Below, in pieces: positions 33,686 through 44,902 of a stretch of DNA of 64,000 bases. The stretch comes from Oopsacas minuta (lineage: Eukaryota; Animalia; Porifera). Below the pieces are notes generated by a model. It had not been told where the DNA came from. It saw nothing but the letters and a program-made list of their open reading frames with translations, and made no database searches. A program made the position numbers and the translations under genes. Each line of letters opens with the position of its first letter. Positions within the stretch are counted from its first letter, which is position 1. The stretch spans positions 682,001-746,000 of the forward strand of contig JAKMXF010000144.1 of the NCBI GenBank assembly GCA_024704765.1, given 5' to 3'.

Positions 33686-35296
33686 ATGGCTACCAAAGAT
33701 GCTACATTACCACTTCCCTCAACAGACATCCCAATCATCTGTCAACTAGACTCTACAGTACAGTTACTATGCAGCTTAGACAAATCTAGCAAAACAATAG
33801 AAATACCCAATATCATAACACCTAAGGTAGTCAAACTATCGCCTGAAGGGAAATATCTAGCTTGTATAGATAGTACAAAACTAACTCTATTCGCTTTATC
33901 AGATCATAAAGTACTGGTATCTCTTGACTTCACAAAACAACATATGTTAATACAAGAATTCCTATTCTCACCCAAATCAACATACCTAGCTACATACGAA
34001 CAGTACGCTGCTCACCACAGAGAGAGCAAACTGCAGAACGTTAAGATATTTAGGATAGAACCTCAGTTTGAACAAGTTATCGGATTTACACACACGCAAT
34101 CCTCAGAGAGATGGGAGCCTCAGTGGACGGATAATGAGAAGTTATTCGTTAAACAGACAATAGCTGGCCTCCTGTTCAGAAAGACAGAATGCTGGCATGA
34201 ACCTTTTAAAACATTTGAAATGCCTCATTTATTCTGTTTCCAAGTTGCGAAGACTTACACTAAAGTCCCACACTTTGCTGTGTTCGTCAAAGGATTTCAG
34301 AGCTCTCCCTGTTCCACTCGCATCTACCAACACCCCTTAACAGACTCACCAATTGTAACTAAAGCATTCTTCAACGCAGATTCTGCTACTCTTCACTGGA
34401 ATTATAACGGTACTGCTCTGCTAGTGATAGCCCATCTAGAAACCTCTGTTAATTATTACGGAGGCCAATCACTGTACTATCTTAATTTAGACGGTACAAC
34501 TTTAAACATAGAGTTAGACAAGAAAGGACCTGTGTATAGTGTAGATTGGCATCCAAGTAGAGACCATTTCGCAGTTGTGTACGGACTAATGCCGAGCAGT
34601 GCTCGGATATACAACCATAAGTGTCAGCCTATCATAACACTACCAAGTGTACATAGGAATGTAGTCAAGTATAATCCACAAGGTAATCTGTTATGTTTCG
34701 CAGGATTCGGTGGTCTCAAGGGATTGATGGAGTTCTGGGACGTTCGTGAGGAACGTCCTGTGCAGATAAGCGAGGCTGAAGCTAACGATACGACATATTG
34801 TCAGTGGTGTCCTGATGGAGAGAGGTTTCTGACTGCTACTCTATCTCCTCGACTCTTTGAAGGGAACGGGTTCAAAGTTTGGAACTTTAAAGGTGAACTA
34901 GTAGCCAAGTATAGTATTCCTGACAAGGAGCATCTGTGGTTAATTTCATGGCGTCCTACCCCTAATGTACTGCCTGGACCCTCTCTCCAAGGGGTGAAGG
35001 GGTCCTTTCTTGATCAAGAACCTGAGAACTATGTTCCTCCTAATCTCAGGAAGGCAGCTGTACCCTCAAAAGGTAAACAAACAGAAGTGAAGAAAAAAGA
35101 AGAAGCTAAACCTATTTTACAGAATTCAGGAGATGATGCTAGTACTAAGAAGATTTGTAATCTTAAGAGGAAATTAAAAGATATAGATAAGTTGAAACAG
35201 AGGAAGAATGAAGGTAAGAAACTGGAAGATAATCAGCTGGTTAAAATAGAATCTGAAGCTGGGATACGAGCTGAATTAGCTGCTCTAGAATTGTAA
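33686..35296 (+). CDS. EIF2A: Eukaryotic translation initiation factor 2A
   Basis: WD/beta-propeller WEPQWTDNE, FFNADS...WNYNGT, NYYG, GNLLCFAGFG, FLTATLSPR...NGFKVW, YVPPNLR, C-terminal KKICNLKRKLKDIDKLK. Confidence 0.9.
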   Translation: MATKDATLPLPSTDIPIICQLDSTVQLLCSLDKSSKTIEIPNIITPKVVKLSPEGKYLACIDSTKLTLFALSDHKVLVSLDFTKQHMLIQEFLFSPKSTYLATYEQYAAHHRESKLQNVKIFRIEPQFEQVIGFTHTQSSERWEPQWTDNEKLFVKQTIAGLLFRKTECWHEPFKTFEMPHLFCFQVAKTYTKVPHFAVFVKGFQSSPCSTRIYQHPLTDSPIVTKAFFNADSATLHWNYNGTALLVIAHLETSVNYYGGQSLYYLNLDGTTLNIELDKKGPVYSVDWHPSRDHFAVVYGLMPSSARIYNHKCQPIITLPSVHRNVVKYNPQGNLLCFAGFGGLKGLMEFWDVREERPVQISEAEANDTTYCQWCPDGERFLTATLSPRLFEGNGFKVWNFKGELVAKYSIPDKEHLWLISWRPTPNVLPGPSLQGVKGSFLDQEPENYVPPNLRKAAVPSKGKQTEVKKKEEAKPILQNSGDDASTKKICNLKRKLKDIDKLKQRKNEGKKLEDNQLVKIESEAGIRAELAALEL

Positions 35297-35764
35297 GTGT
35301 AATGTGCCAAAAGGTGCAGGTGTTACTTTACAAACTTCAAGGCGAATCTAGAACTGAATTAGCTGGGTAGCTGCTTATACATATTTGTATAGAAAAACAA
35401 AGCAGTTTGAAATACTAGAATATGTAGTTATATTAGTTGAATATTATTCACATACAATTTTACCATATTTTATAGAACCTTACTTCGCGCTTGATTGTAT
35501 GTAGTACAGATTATATATGGTGGAGTCTCTTAATAATGGACACATTGGGTATTGCCTTTTGTCTGTTGTAGGGAGACACACGTTTCTCGGAGATTGCTTA
35601 AGCATTAAATCATTTTCATTCCACGAACTGGTCTGTTCTATAAATGTTGTCCGATTTTCGGAGTGCTCGTTCGTTTTGGGAGACTTCACTGTAATTGATA
35701 ATATCCTCTGGTTAGCAATGCCCAAATTGACTGTTGTACAGATATTCGAGTGTATTACTTATAG

Positions 35765-37016
35765 AAAGGCTATTTTGGGTTAATCACACAGGAGACTATT
35801 ATAGAATCTTTTGAAGACTTAAAGCTAATAACTCGAGATGTTATAACAAGTGTATATTGTACAGCTGCAAGTACACCATCATTTGAGTCTTGTAGTGATG
35901 TGTAAGAGTACGTAAATAGTTTAGAGAAGTCGCTTGGATTTAGTGAAATGGAATGGCAGTTAAATATAAGCAAACTGAACAAGTTTCTCAGTGCGGTCCT
36001 TAACACGGGCCAGTTTGATATACTCAAACTTGGATTTGCTAATTTAAATGAAGATTTATCCGAGTTAGCTAATGAAGAACAGTTATACATGCCTTCTATT
36101 GATTTAGATGAACTGAATGAAATGTCTGTATCGTCAGTAAGTCAAAATACAACATCGCTATTACTGATTCCCCATCTGTCCGTACACCTACAGAGACTAT
36201 TGCATACACTCCTCTAGTTAAAAGTATATACATTCCAACTACTGCCACTAATTGTAGCGAGGCAGCGCTAGACCTAATCAGATGTTATGATATTAATAAG
36301 GAAGGTTACAGAGGTATTTTGGCCAATAATTAATATATAACGTAATTACTCAATATATGATGTGAATGTTGGTGTTGAAGTGTTTGAGAATCTAAACTAC
36401 AAAGTTATAACATTTGATAATATAACAGCACATCCATTCATGACGTCATTAAACAGAATTAGAAATAAAATTGAATCAATGAACTCGGATTCGTTTATAC
36501 TTATTTTCTCCTCGCATGGTGATCCGAATAATGTAATGTTTGCAGATGGTAAGAGAATACCTCGTGAGAATATTATACTAGAATTCTTACCTACTTATTG
36601 CCCATCTCTTGTTGATAAACCCAAGCTATTCTTCTTCCAGAACTGTAGAGGGAGTAATACATTTGAGAATGAAGATATTGATGATACAGATTCGGTTATA
36701 CGTTCACATACAGTAGCTGCTGAGAATTAAGACTAGAGTACACCTACCAACTGATATTGTGCGTTTCTATGCTTCTACAGAAGGTAGTGTAGCATATAGG
36801 CTATCATCTGGTTTTATTTTCTTACAAGCTCTGTACGAGATACTAGAAGATGATACTCTTAATCGTGAATCATTGAATGAACTACAGTCAGATTTAGTTC
36901 GTAGAGTTACCAACTATTCACAAGAAATTCTTCAGAAGAGTAATAGGACAGGAGGACAGGTACCAGAGTTCAAGAGCTCTCTGGGTAAGAAGTACTATTT
37001 TAAACATCCATACTAA
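35765..37016 (+). pseudogene. Caspase-family pseudogene (or badly disrupted gene)
   Basis: Catalytic motifs FSSHG and KPKLFFFQNCRG, p10-like TDIVRFYASTEG...QVPEFKSSLGKKYYF; in-frame TAA at 35903 and 36338 plus frame changes near 36140, 36320 and 36720. Confidence 0.7.
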
Positions 37017-37112
37017 CAATGGAGAATTAGTATATTAAGCACTGATGTATGTACTGTTCTATGAACTCGATTTTACTTCTTCATCACTTGTGTTATTTGT
37101 ATTGGCCATGCT

Positions 37113-37188
37113 ATTAGAACTCGGATAAGACATTACAAACCAGTTCAGAAACAAAAATTGGTACGTACGTGCTATCCGAGCTCTACTG
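37113..37188. mobile_element. Degenerate copy of the 24597 MITE family
   Basis: TAGAACTCGGATAAGAC ... TATCCGAGCTCTACTG|TA. Confidence 0.6.
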
Positions 37189-37268
37189 TACAATATATAT
37201 ATATTTATTACGTAATACGTATGTATAATTACGTCATGAAAATGTACTTTACAGAGCAGACAGCTATT

Positions 37269-40113
37269 ATGTGTGCAGAACGTAATACAGATTATGAGAA
37301 ATTAATAAAACCAAAAGAGTTGATAAGCACGCTAGAAGGAGTACTGGGAAGTTTAGATGGTAAGATAACTCCAGATATACAACCTCTTAGACATTTTATG
37401 GAGATTACACGAGAAACTGGCCCTAGTGGTTACTTTGCATCTATGCCAGCACATATACCATCACTCAAGTGCTTTGGAGTCAAAATACTCACTCTATATC
37501 CAAGCAAGTTTATTTGTTTACCAATTACGGTAATTCCATGAATAAGCCACGCACGCCGGACAATTTATTCACGGGAATACGGTATATTATAGATTTATAT
37601 TTAATAAAATACTTACTGCATGGGGAGTGAAAGCGAACCATTTTTGCTCCCCAATGCGAGTTCGATTCAACACATTATCTGCCCTAAGTTAGACATTGAT
37701 TAGAGAAAAAGCTTAAGTTTTGAGCGTATGAAATTTGCGATGTAATACGGACCCCCAGATAATACGTAACCACAATCCACTATAATCCTATTTTTGCCAA
37801 TCTCCACTGGTCTTGTGCTAGAATCTATATTGCAATATACACATGGTAACTAAAGTAGATACAAATGAAGAATCTAGCCAGTAAGAGTAAATTCGTGGAT
37901 TGGGTACGATTATCAGTGACAGGAGGGAATGGAGGTCCAGGTGGAACTATGGTACAATGGTCAATTGACACTAAATACGGAGTCCCGTGTGGAGGAGACG
38001 GGGGACGGGGAGGTGATGTTCGTATGCTTGCTTCTCGATCTGTCAGCAATCTAGGAGAACTTAAAACCGGGTATAAAGCGCCTGACGGACGTCTAGGTAA
38101 GAAGAACAGAATACCTGGTACACATGGAGAACATATTCTCCTACCTGTTCCCCTGGGTACAGTTGTGAAGGATGGATACGGTAACATCATGGGAGACCTG
38201 TTAAAAGAGGATAGCGAGCTAGTGGTAGCCAGAGGAGGAGACGGAGGTATGGGTAATCATAATTATAGTGTGTTAGGTAAAAAGTATCGTTTTGAGAGAG
38301 GATTAGGCGATTTGGGAGAGAATAGATGGATTGAAGCTGAAATGAAAACCATTGCAGCTGTAGGATTAGTAGGGTTTCCTAACGCAGGTAAATCTACTTT
38401 ATTAAGAGCTATATCAAGAGCTAGACCTAAGGTAGCTTCCTACCCCTTCACTACATTACGGCCTTATCTGGGAGCTGTAGAATATCTCGATCAATCTCAG
38501 ATAATAGTAGCTGATATCCCCGGGTTAATACAGGGAGCACATCTAAACAAAGGACTGGGTCATTCCTTCCTGAGACATATTGAGAGATGTACTGCACTAG
38601 TGTATGTACTAGATCTGGATCAAGTAACTATGAAATGTAGTCCTGGAGAGCAGCTGATGCATCTCAGAGAGGAGCTACGTCTCTATCAACCTGAATTCAT
38701 GAATAAGATAGTAGCAGTTGTAGCTAATAAAGTAGATTTAGTTGATGAGTGGGAGTATAGCTTGGAGGGAGAGAATGTATTAGCTATATCTGCAGAGAAT
38801 GGCCTATATATAGATGAGTTTAGAATTCTACTGAAGAGTATTGTACAAAGATTACCTAATGAGTATTAATATACTGAACTGTTATATCATTTGTTAGGCG
38901 GAAATTGGCTCGGCTCGCACAAATTGGTCAGGGGGAGGAATTTCAAGATACGTATTTAATATTTGCAGAAATGCTTGCACTTAGAATAATGTAACAAATA
39001 CTTCAAAACATCCGTGAGGCTAGCTCTTCAATTTCTGAATTTTGTTCACAGAAAACTCCCATATATATCCATAAGTGATTCTTTACGTAACCTTAATAGA
39101 CCAAAGTCTCCGCTTCGTTATAACCAGAGTTTATTATGCTTAAATATCTATTACTTATTAATTAATTCCTGTTGGTTAGGCAATGAAGCTACCTCCTACC
39201 CTTCACACAGCTCTACAGTACTGCTGTATGAGAATGTTACAGGACAGCTGATCACTCAATTAGATGGTGATCCTATTACTAACAACAGAACAGCAGCAAT
39301 TAGTGCTATAGCTATGAAACATCTCACATCTAAGGAGAGTAATAATCTGGTACTAGTTGTTTTAGGATCTAGTAATCAAGCTAAAAGCCATGTCAGATAT
39401 CTGACAGCTGTCAAGTAAGTAGATTATGTACTACAGTAAAGCCTCCAGAAACGGGGCTTGTGGAAACTGAGTGAAAAATTAATAGAGTGAATTCCTAGTC
39501 CTATACAAATGAACCTACACAAACGGAGAAACGGGATAGAGTTTTCGGAGTACCTGGCACTCTGTTTGTGGACGTTACACTGTAACCTACTAGCTTGTAA
39601 TATTTTTTAATCCTTAGGGACTTCAAGGAGATCCGTATGTGGAGTAGGAATGCAGATAATGTGAATAAATGCATTTCCTATCTCCAACAGACTCACAACA
39701 TCAATACACCATTAATCCCCTATAGTAGTGCTGAAGAAGCCTGTACAGATGCTGACGTCATTGTTACTGTTACTCTATCAAAGGACCCAGTGGTGAAGGG
39801 CAGCTGGTTGAAGCAGGGAGCAGTGATAATTTGTGTTGGAGCATGTAGACCGGACTGGAGAGAGTTAGATGATGAACTAATGCTTAATTCAGCTATATAC
39901 GCTGATAGTGTTCAATCAGCTAAAGCTGAATCAGGTGATATCATACTGAGTGGGAGTACAGATCGTATTGAGTGTGATCTCTGTCATATTGTGAAGGAGG
40001 GAGAAAGGGATTGGAGAGGAGATAATAAATTTATATTATTCAAGAGTTTAGGTATGGCCATTCAAGATGTTGCTTCTGCTCACCTCATCTATTCTAACTA
40101 TATCTCTAAATAA
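37269..40113 (+). CDS. CRYM: Mu-crystallin/ketimine reductase (ornithine cyclodeaminase family), 3 exons (~37269-37503, 39180-39414, 39618-40113)
   Basis: Joined protein reads ...FASMPA...GVKILTLYPS|NEATSYPSHSSTVLL...DGDPITNNRTAAISAIA...K|DFKEIRMWSR...VGACRPDWRELDD...FKSLGMAIQD; intron 1 is GC-AG (inferred), intron 2 GT-AG; start codon approximate. Confidence 0.85.
37865..38869 (+). CDS. MTG2: Mitochondrial Obg-family GTPase (MTG2/GTPBP5), nested in CRYM intron 1
   Basis: Gly-rich Obg fold FVDWVRLSVTGGNGG, G1 GFPNAGKS, YPFTTL, DIPG, FLRHIERC, NKVD. Confidence 0.85.
   Translation: MKNLASKSKFVDWVRLSVTGGNGGPGGTMVQWSIDTKYGVPCGGDGGRGGDVRMLASRSVSNLGELKTGYKAPDGRLGKKNRIPGTHGEHILLPVPLGTVVKDGYGNIMGDLLKEDSELVVARGGDGGMGNHNYSVLGKKYRFERGLGDLGENRWIEAEMKTIAAVGLVGFPNAGKSTLLRAISRARPKVASYPFTTLRPYLGAVEYLDQSQIIVADIPGLIQGAHLNKGLGHSFLRHIERCTALVYVLDLDQVTMKCSPGEQLMHLREELRLYQPEFMNKIVAVVANKVDLVDEWEYSLEGENVLAISAENGLYIDEFRILLKSIVQRLPNEY
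39434..39582. mobile_element. TA-flanked pogo-like MITE in CRYM intron 2
   Basis: TA|CAGTAAAGCCTCCAGAAACGG ... CTGTTTGTGGACGTTACACTG|TA imperfect TIRs. Confidence 0.5.
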
Positions 40114-40286
40114 TTACAGCTATGATATAAGCTTAATACAGTATCACATTTGATAATTATTTTGCTGCTTTGTTATTACCAATTCTACTTTACTGTTTGC
40201 TTATCACCCTCCCTCCCTTGGAAGCGCTACTTGACGTTGAATTACACTTAATTTATAGAAATATTGTTGACTGGTTAAGCTTAGTT

Positions 40287-41522
40287 ATGGCAAGCATTGG
40301 AGTAGATGAGAGAGACGAGTTCCTCTCTAATCTAAATTCCGTTCGCAATGATGTAAAAACTAAATTCTCTCATGCTCATCTTCTTCTTCATGAAAGGGAA
40401 GCAATTCTTTTACGTCAGCTGGAGGAGTTAGAGGATTCTTACAAACAGCAATACCTGAGAGAGAATAAGCAGATGAAAGAGCTTTTAGCTACCAAAGAAC
40501 AATTACAATTTGCTCTAAAAGGTAATGAAAATAAAATTACTTTATCTGCTATGTTAGCCCCTCTTGAAGCTAAACTGAGGGAATTGGAAGAAGGAGGAGA
40601 TGAATTACAGAGAATTGAACTGAATTGGAGCAGAGTAGAAGAACTAGAAAATTTATTAACAGCGATAGGTACGATCAAATTGACCAAAGAAATAGACTAT
40701 ACGAGAAGGAAGATACCTGTTCTATCTGCTTGTATTTATAAAGAGAATACTACTCGGCTTGGACAGTTCGCCTACCCAGGTGTCATTGCAATACATCCTG
40801 TTACTAACAATTTATTCATAAGTGATGGATCTAATAACCGTGTACAAGTTTTCGATAAATTTTGTGAATTTTTATTCTCTTTCTCAAAGAGAATGAATTT
40901 TCCTTCTGGTATTAGTTTCCACGATAATCAGGTATATGTTACTCAGTATCTTGCTAATTCTGTTAATATTTATCTAACAAATGGGGAATACGTTCAATCA
41001 TTAGGAAGTAGCGGAGATAAAGAACTTGAATTCAAATATCCGTTAAGAATTTGTATTTCTGAATACGCGAATAATATTTATATTAGCGATTATGGAAATA
41101 GTAGAGTTCAAGTTTTGAATACTGACTTAACATTCAATTCGTTTATTCTTGGAGGAAAAAAGCCGAAAGATGTTCAGGTGACAGAAAATGAGATATTTAT
41201 TCTTGATGGAAGTGATCCCTGCCTTCATGTGTATAATTATGAACATCAGCTGATTAGAGAACTTATCTCATTTGGGAAAGGAGGCAGTGATATAATGAAT
41301 TCTCTATTCTTCTGTATTGATCGTTATTCAAACATTCTATTGACTGATTGTTTCACTTGCAGTGTACTCATATTTAGCAAGGAAGGAAAACTTATCCACA
41401 AATTTGGGAAAAGTGGAAATAACGCTGGAGAGTTTATTGATCCACATGGAATAGCTATTGATTCAAATGGTAAGATAGTTGTGGTTTCTACCAATCCTAA
41501 ACATTGTATACAATTTTTCTGA
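40287..41522 (+). CDS. Coiled-coil + NHL-repeat beta-propeller protein (RING-less, TRIM2/3/71-like), copy 1
   Basis: NHL repeats FAYPGVIAI...DGSNNRVQVF, FKYPLRICI...DYGNSRVQV, FIDPHGIAID; start MASIGVDERDEF supported by the paralog at 51968. Confidence 0.82.
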   Translation: MASIGVDERDEFLSNLNSVRNDVKTKFSHAHLLLHEREAILLRQLEELEDSYKQQYLRENKQMKELLATKEQLQFALKGNENKITLSAMLAPLEAKLRELEEGGDELQRIELNWSRVEELENLLTAIGTIKLTKEIDYTRRKIPVLSACIYKENTTRLGQFAYPGVIAIHPVTNNLFISDGSNNRVQVFDKFCEFLFSFSKRMNFPSGISFHDNQVYVTQYLANSVNIYLTNGEYVQSLGSSGDKELEFKYPLRICISEYANNIYISDYGNSRVQVLNTDLTFNSFILGGKKPKDVQVTENEIFILDGSDPCLHVYNYEHQLIRELISFGKGGSDIMNSLFFCIDRYSNILLTDCFTCSVLIFSKEGKLIHKFGKSGNNAGEFIDPHGIAIDSNGKIVVVSTNPKHCIQFF

Positions 41523-42058
41523 TACATATGTATATTTGTATATGTTGAATTATTTATAAATTTATCTGCGGAGCTTACTCTGTATTACTGTGCGATTTAT
41601 ATTGAATTAATATTAGCGATTATTATGAATGTTTATAGCATAATATAGTCGAACCTCTGAGATGCGGGCACGATATATATTGAATTGGTTGAACATTTTC
41701 TGATAAATTACAACATAATAGACATTACCATGGCCATAAGTTGGCTCTAGCCTTATTTTCACATCAAACGCGTTTATTCGCTACCACAAACTGTGAATTT
41801 CCTATTCAGTAATGAAACTCTTCGCGAATTTGGATTATAATTACTTCGGAACTACCATAGACTTAGAGTTAGTGTTATTTCTGACAACTTGGGAAATTAT
41901 AATATGAGGACTCCCTGAGAGACAACTTGCAACACTGCCCAGATCTCACTGAGGTTGGACTGTATTTCTGGGCTTATTATTTACTTGCAAGATCTCAAAC
42001 TTCCGAAATACGTACATAGCATTTGGTTATTAGAAATCACAGTTTATGTACTATCTAT

Positions 42059-43327
42059 ATGCGTCGTGTGGTAGTAACAGGATTAGGTGCTGTAACTCCA
42101 CTTGGAGATAATGTGTACAGTACTTGGAGATCTCTGCTAGCTGGAAAATGTGGTATAGTATCATTTGTAATGAAAGGATTTGAGTCTATCCCTTCAAAAG
42201 TTGCAGGGATAGTCTCTACAGGATTTGATGAGAATAGGTTTGCTAATAGTTCAGAGAAACGATATCTAACTCGAGGAGCTATCCTAGCACTAGCGGCTGC
42301 ACATGAAGCAGTCAGTGATGCATCTCTAGATCCCACAAACAGTACATGTGATCCCAGTAGAATGGGTGTATCAGTTAGTAGCTCAGTAGATTATCAAGAG
42401 ATTTATAAAACAGGGGCAGAGTTATATACAAAAGGTTATAAGCGAGTAAGTCCATTCTTTGTACCAAAGATATTAACTAACACAGTAGCAGGTGTATTAT
42501 CAGAGCGATATGGTCTGCTAGGTCCTAACCATTCCGTAGTAACAGCCTGCACAACAGGACTTCATGCTATAGGGGACGCAGCATCCATGGTGTCTAGAGG
42601 GGTATGTGACGTCATGCTAGCAGGTGCAGGTGACTCTACTCTGCATCCAATTGGGTTAGCAGGATTTAGTCAATGTAGAGCTCTGTCCAGACACTTCAAT
42701 GATTCTCCTGCTGAAGCTTCACGCCCCTTTGACTCCAAGAGAGACGGATTCGTGATGTCTGAGGGAGCGGGGATCGTTATCCTTGAGAGTTTAGATCATG
42801 CTATTAAGAGAGGGGTGGAGAAGATATATGCAGAGATTATTGGCTATGGTATGTCTTCTGATGCTTTTCATATTACGTCACCATCTCCTGAAGGGATAGG
42901 AGCTATCAATAGTATGAAAAACGCGCTTTCTAACGCCAATTTACTACCTAACCGAGTAGGATATGTAAACGCGCATGCTACATCTACTCCAATAGGAGAT
43001 AAGATTGAGAATGAAGCTATTAAGAATGTATTCGGAGAACATGCATACAAATTGAATATTTCATCAACCAAAGGAGCTACTGGACATCTAGTGACAGCTG
43101 CTGGAGTAGTAGAAGCTATTTTCTGTTGCCTAGCTGTTGTAAATGGCCTAATCCCTCCCACTATTAATCTACACGAGAAAGAGAGTGAATTCGATTTGAA
43201 TTACACTCCTCATGCATTACAGCATTGGCCAAATATTGGCTTTAAGGACAGAATTGCTATAACTAATTCGTTTGGTTTTGGAGGTACGAATGCTAGCGTT
43301 ATATTAAAATCATACCCGAGTAGTTGA
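42059..43327 (+). CDS. OXSM: 3-oxoacyl-ACP synthase (FabF-type, mitochondrial OXSM)
   Basis: [10 protein letters not shown], catalytic [32 protein letters not shown]; 5' targeting exon may be missing. Confidence 0.9.
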   Translation: MRRVVVTGLGAVTPLGDNVYSTWRSLLAGKCGIVSFVMKGFESIPSKVAGIVSTGFDENRFANSSEKRYLTRGAILALAAAHEAVSDASLDPTNSTCDPSRMGVSVSSSVDYQEIYKTGAELYTKGYKRVSPFFVPKILTNTVAGVLSERYGLLGPNHSVVTACTTGLHAIGDAASMVSRGVCDVMLAGAGDSTLHPIGLAGFSQCRALSRHFNDSPAEASRPFDSKRDGFVMSEGAGIVILESLDHAIKRGVEKIYAEIIGYGMSSDAFHITSPSPEGIGAINSMKNALSNANLLPNRVGYVNAHATSTPIGDKIENEAIKNVFGEHAYKLNISSTKGATGHLVTAAGVVEAIFCCLAVVNGLIPPTINLHEKESEFDLNYTPHALQHWPNIGFKDRIAITNSFGFGGTNASVILKSYPSS

Positions 43328-43761
43328 AGGTTATGTAATTTTAGTAATCAAACATTAAAACAAATATGACACTAAATGATATCTCTAATTTGTAGCCGAA
43401 TTGTACTAATACAAACTGGCTCTACCTTAGATGAGTGCAAATTTTTTCATGGTTTGTGTATTCACAAAAATGAAAAACACTTGTTCTGTAGTTCTGTAAG
43501 CCACAACTGCTCGACCCACGAAAATTTCCAGATCTACTGTAGTTTATAGCTTTATACAGCATAGCCTTCGCTATGGACACAGTTAATGGGTAGCCTCTAT
43601 CAGTTTCAGTCCCCTACAATGATTTGTATTTGCAAATGAATTCGCAAATTGTGACTCTGCACTTAATTTCGCACCTAGAAGCTAATCTGTAAATAATTGT
43701 TTGCTCATTTCGATCCGTAGTCTTTGAATACTAAAGCTTAGAATGCAATGACTAAAGCTTG

Positions 43762-44278
43762 ATGGCTCAGAGAGGTAAGCTTGATCTGTCTCATGGTTTT
43801 ATGAAAGAAATCACCAAGAATCAAGTTGATAGAAGTAGATATCATGATGAGAGGACTAAAACTCTTCAGCTGAAGAAGTTGCATTATGATTCTTATCAGT
43901 CTAAAGCGAAGAGCTTTGGAGAAGATGCAGGTATTCATTAAACTGTAAGATATATTATAATGCGAAGTTTAACAACATTTAAAAATATATATTTACCTTG
44001 CTCACTAATGTTTACATCTAATTTAGGAGAGGATCAGGAACCTCATGAAGTAGAGATTTCTATTGAGACATCACCGGGCTGTTTCTTCACTATTTCTGTA
44101 TCAAAGGTAGATATATTAATTCAATTTGTCCGTGTTAGCACCAATGTAATACTGTTGTTATGTTCAGAATAGGAATTCCCTTGACCTGGCTAATGAAATA
44201 GCAGAGAAGTCTAATTTAAAAGAGGAATTTATTCCTGCTCTTGATCTGTTGCTACAACAAAAGATGAAATGCCCCTAA
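43762..44278 (+). CDS. C2orf68: UPF0561 protein C2orf68 homolog, 3 exons (43762-43930, 44027-44106, 44168-44278)
   Basis: GKLDLSHGFMKEITKNQVDRSRY resembles GRLDMNHGFVHHIRRNQIARDDY; GT-AG introns keep the frame to TAA at 44276. Confidence 0.7.
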
Positions 44279-44563
44279 TAATCTCTACTATATCTTTTGC
44301 TTCCTGTTGATTTCTATGGGATGATATATTGTAAAATATAATGAATACAGTTACCAACTGGGTGGATGATAAGAGAGGACCCCATCGTATTCAAATTTGA
44401 TTATATTCATACATATTAAGCACTAATTGGTTGTTTTATTCTTTGACTTTATGATGACTGTAACATTCTAATTATACTAAGCATACATATTTGGCTGGCT
44501 TAGTTGCTGATTCATTAATTATCATATTCTAATAGACTTTCGTTAATTCGTACACCAGGGGGA

Positions 44564-44645
44564 CAGTGGCGGTCCCAGGGGGGAGGGCAAACGGGGCATT
44601 TGCCCCGGTTAGCCCCAGGATATGCAAAATCCTGGATCGCCCCTA
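44564..44645. mobile_element. GC-rich hAT-like MITE (82 bp)
   Basis: TIR-like CAGTGGCGGTCCCAGG ... CCTGGATCGCCCCTA, near-duplicated flanks CAGGGGGA / CAGGGGAC, internal hairpin CGGGGCA-TT-TGCCCCG. Confidence 0.5.
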
Positions 44646-44736
44646 CAGGGGACCAATCACAATTCGTACCATGCTCCATATCTGGAGGATCGGAACTCTT
44701 AACCAAAGTAAGCGGGACTGAAATTATATCTTTGCA

Positions 44737-44778
44737 GGACATTCGGGCTTTTGCCCTGTATTAAAAGCCCGAATGTCC
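44737..44778. repeat. Perfect 16-bp inverted repeat with 10-nt spacer
   Basis: GGACATTCGGGCTTTT-GCCCTGTATT-AAAAGCCCGAATGTCC. Confidence 0.85.
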
Positions 44779-44902
44779 GGCCAAGATAGAATTTCCGTAA
44801 TAGTATATTTAATTTATTAATCTGGCCAAACAATAACTAAACAATTTGCTTTGTTGCACGTTTCTATATTTCTGATATAGCATACTTTAAAACTAGGTTA
44901 TA

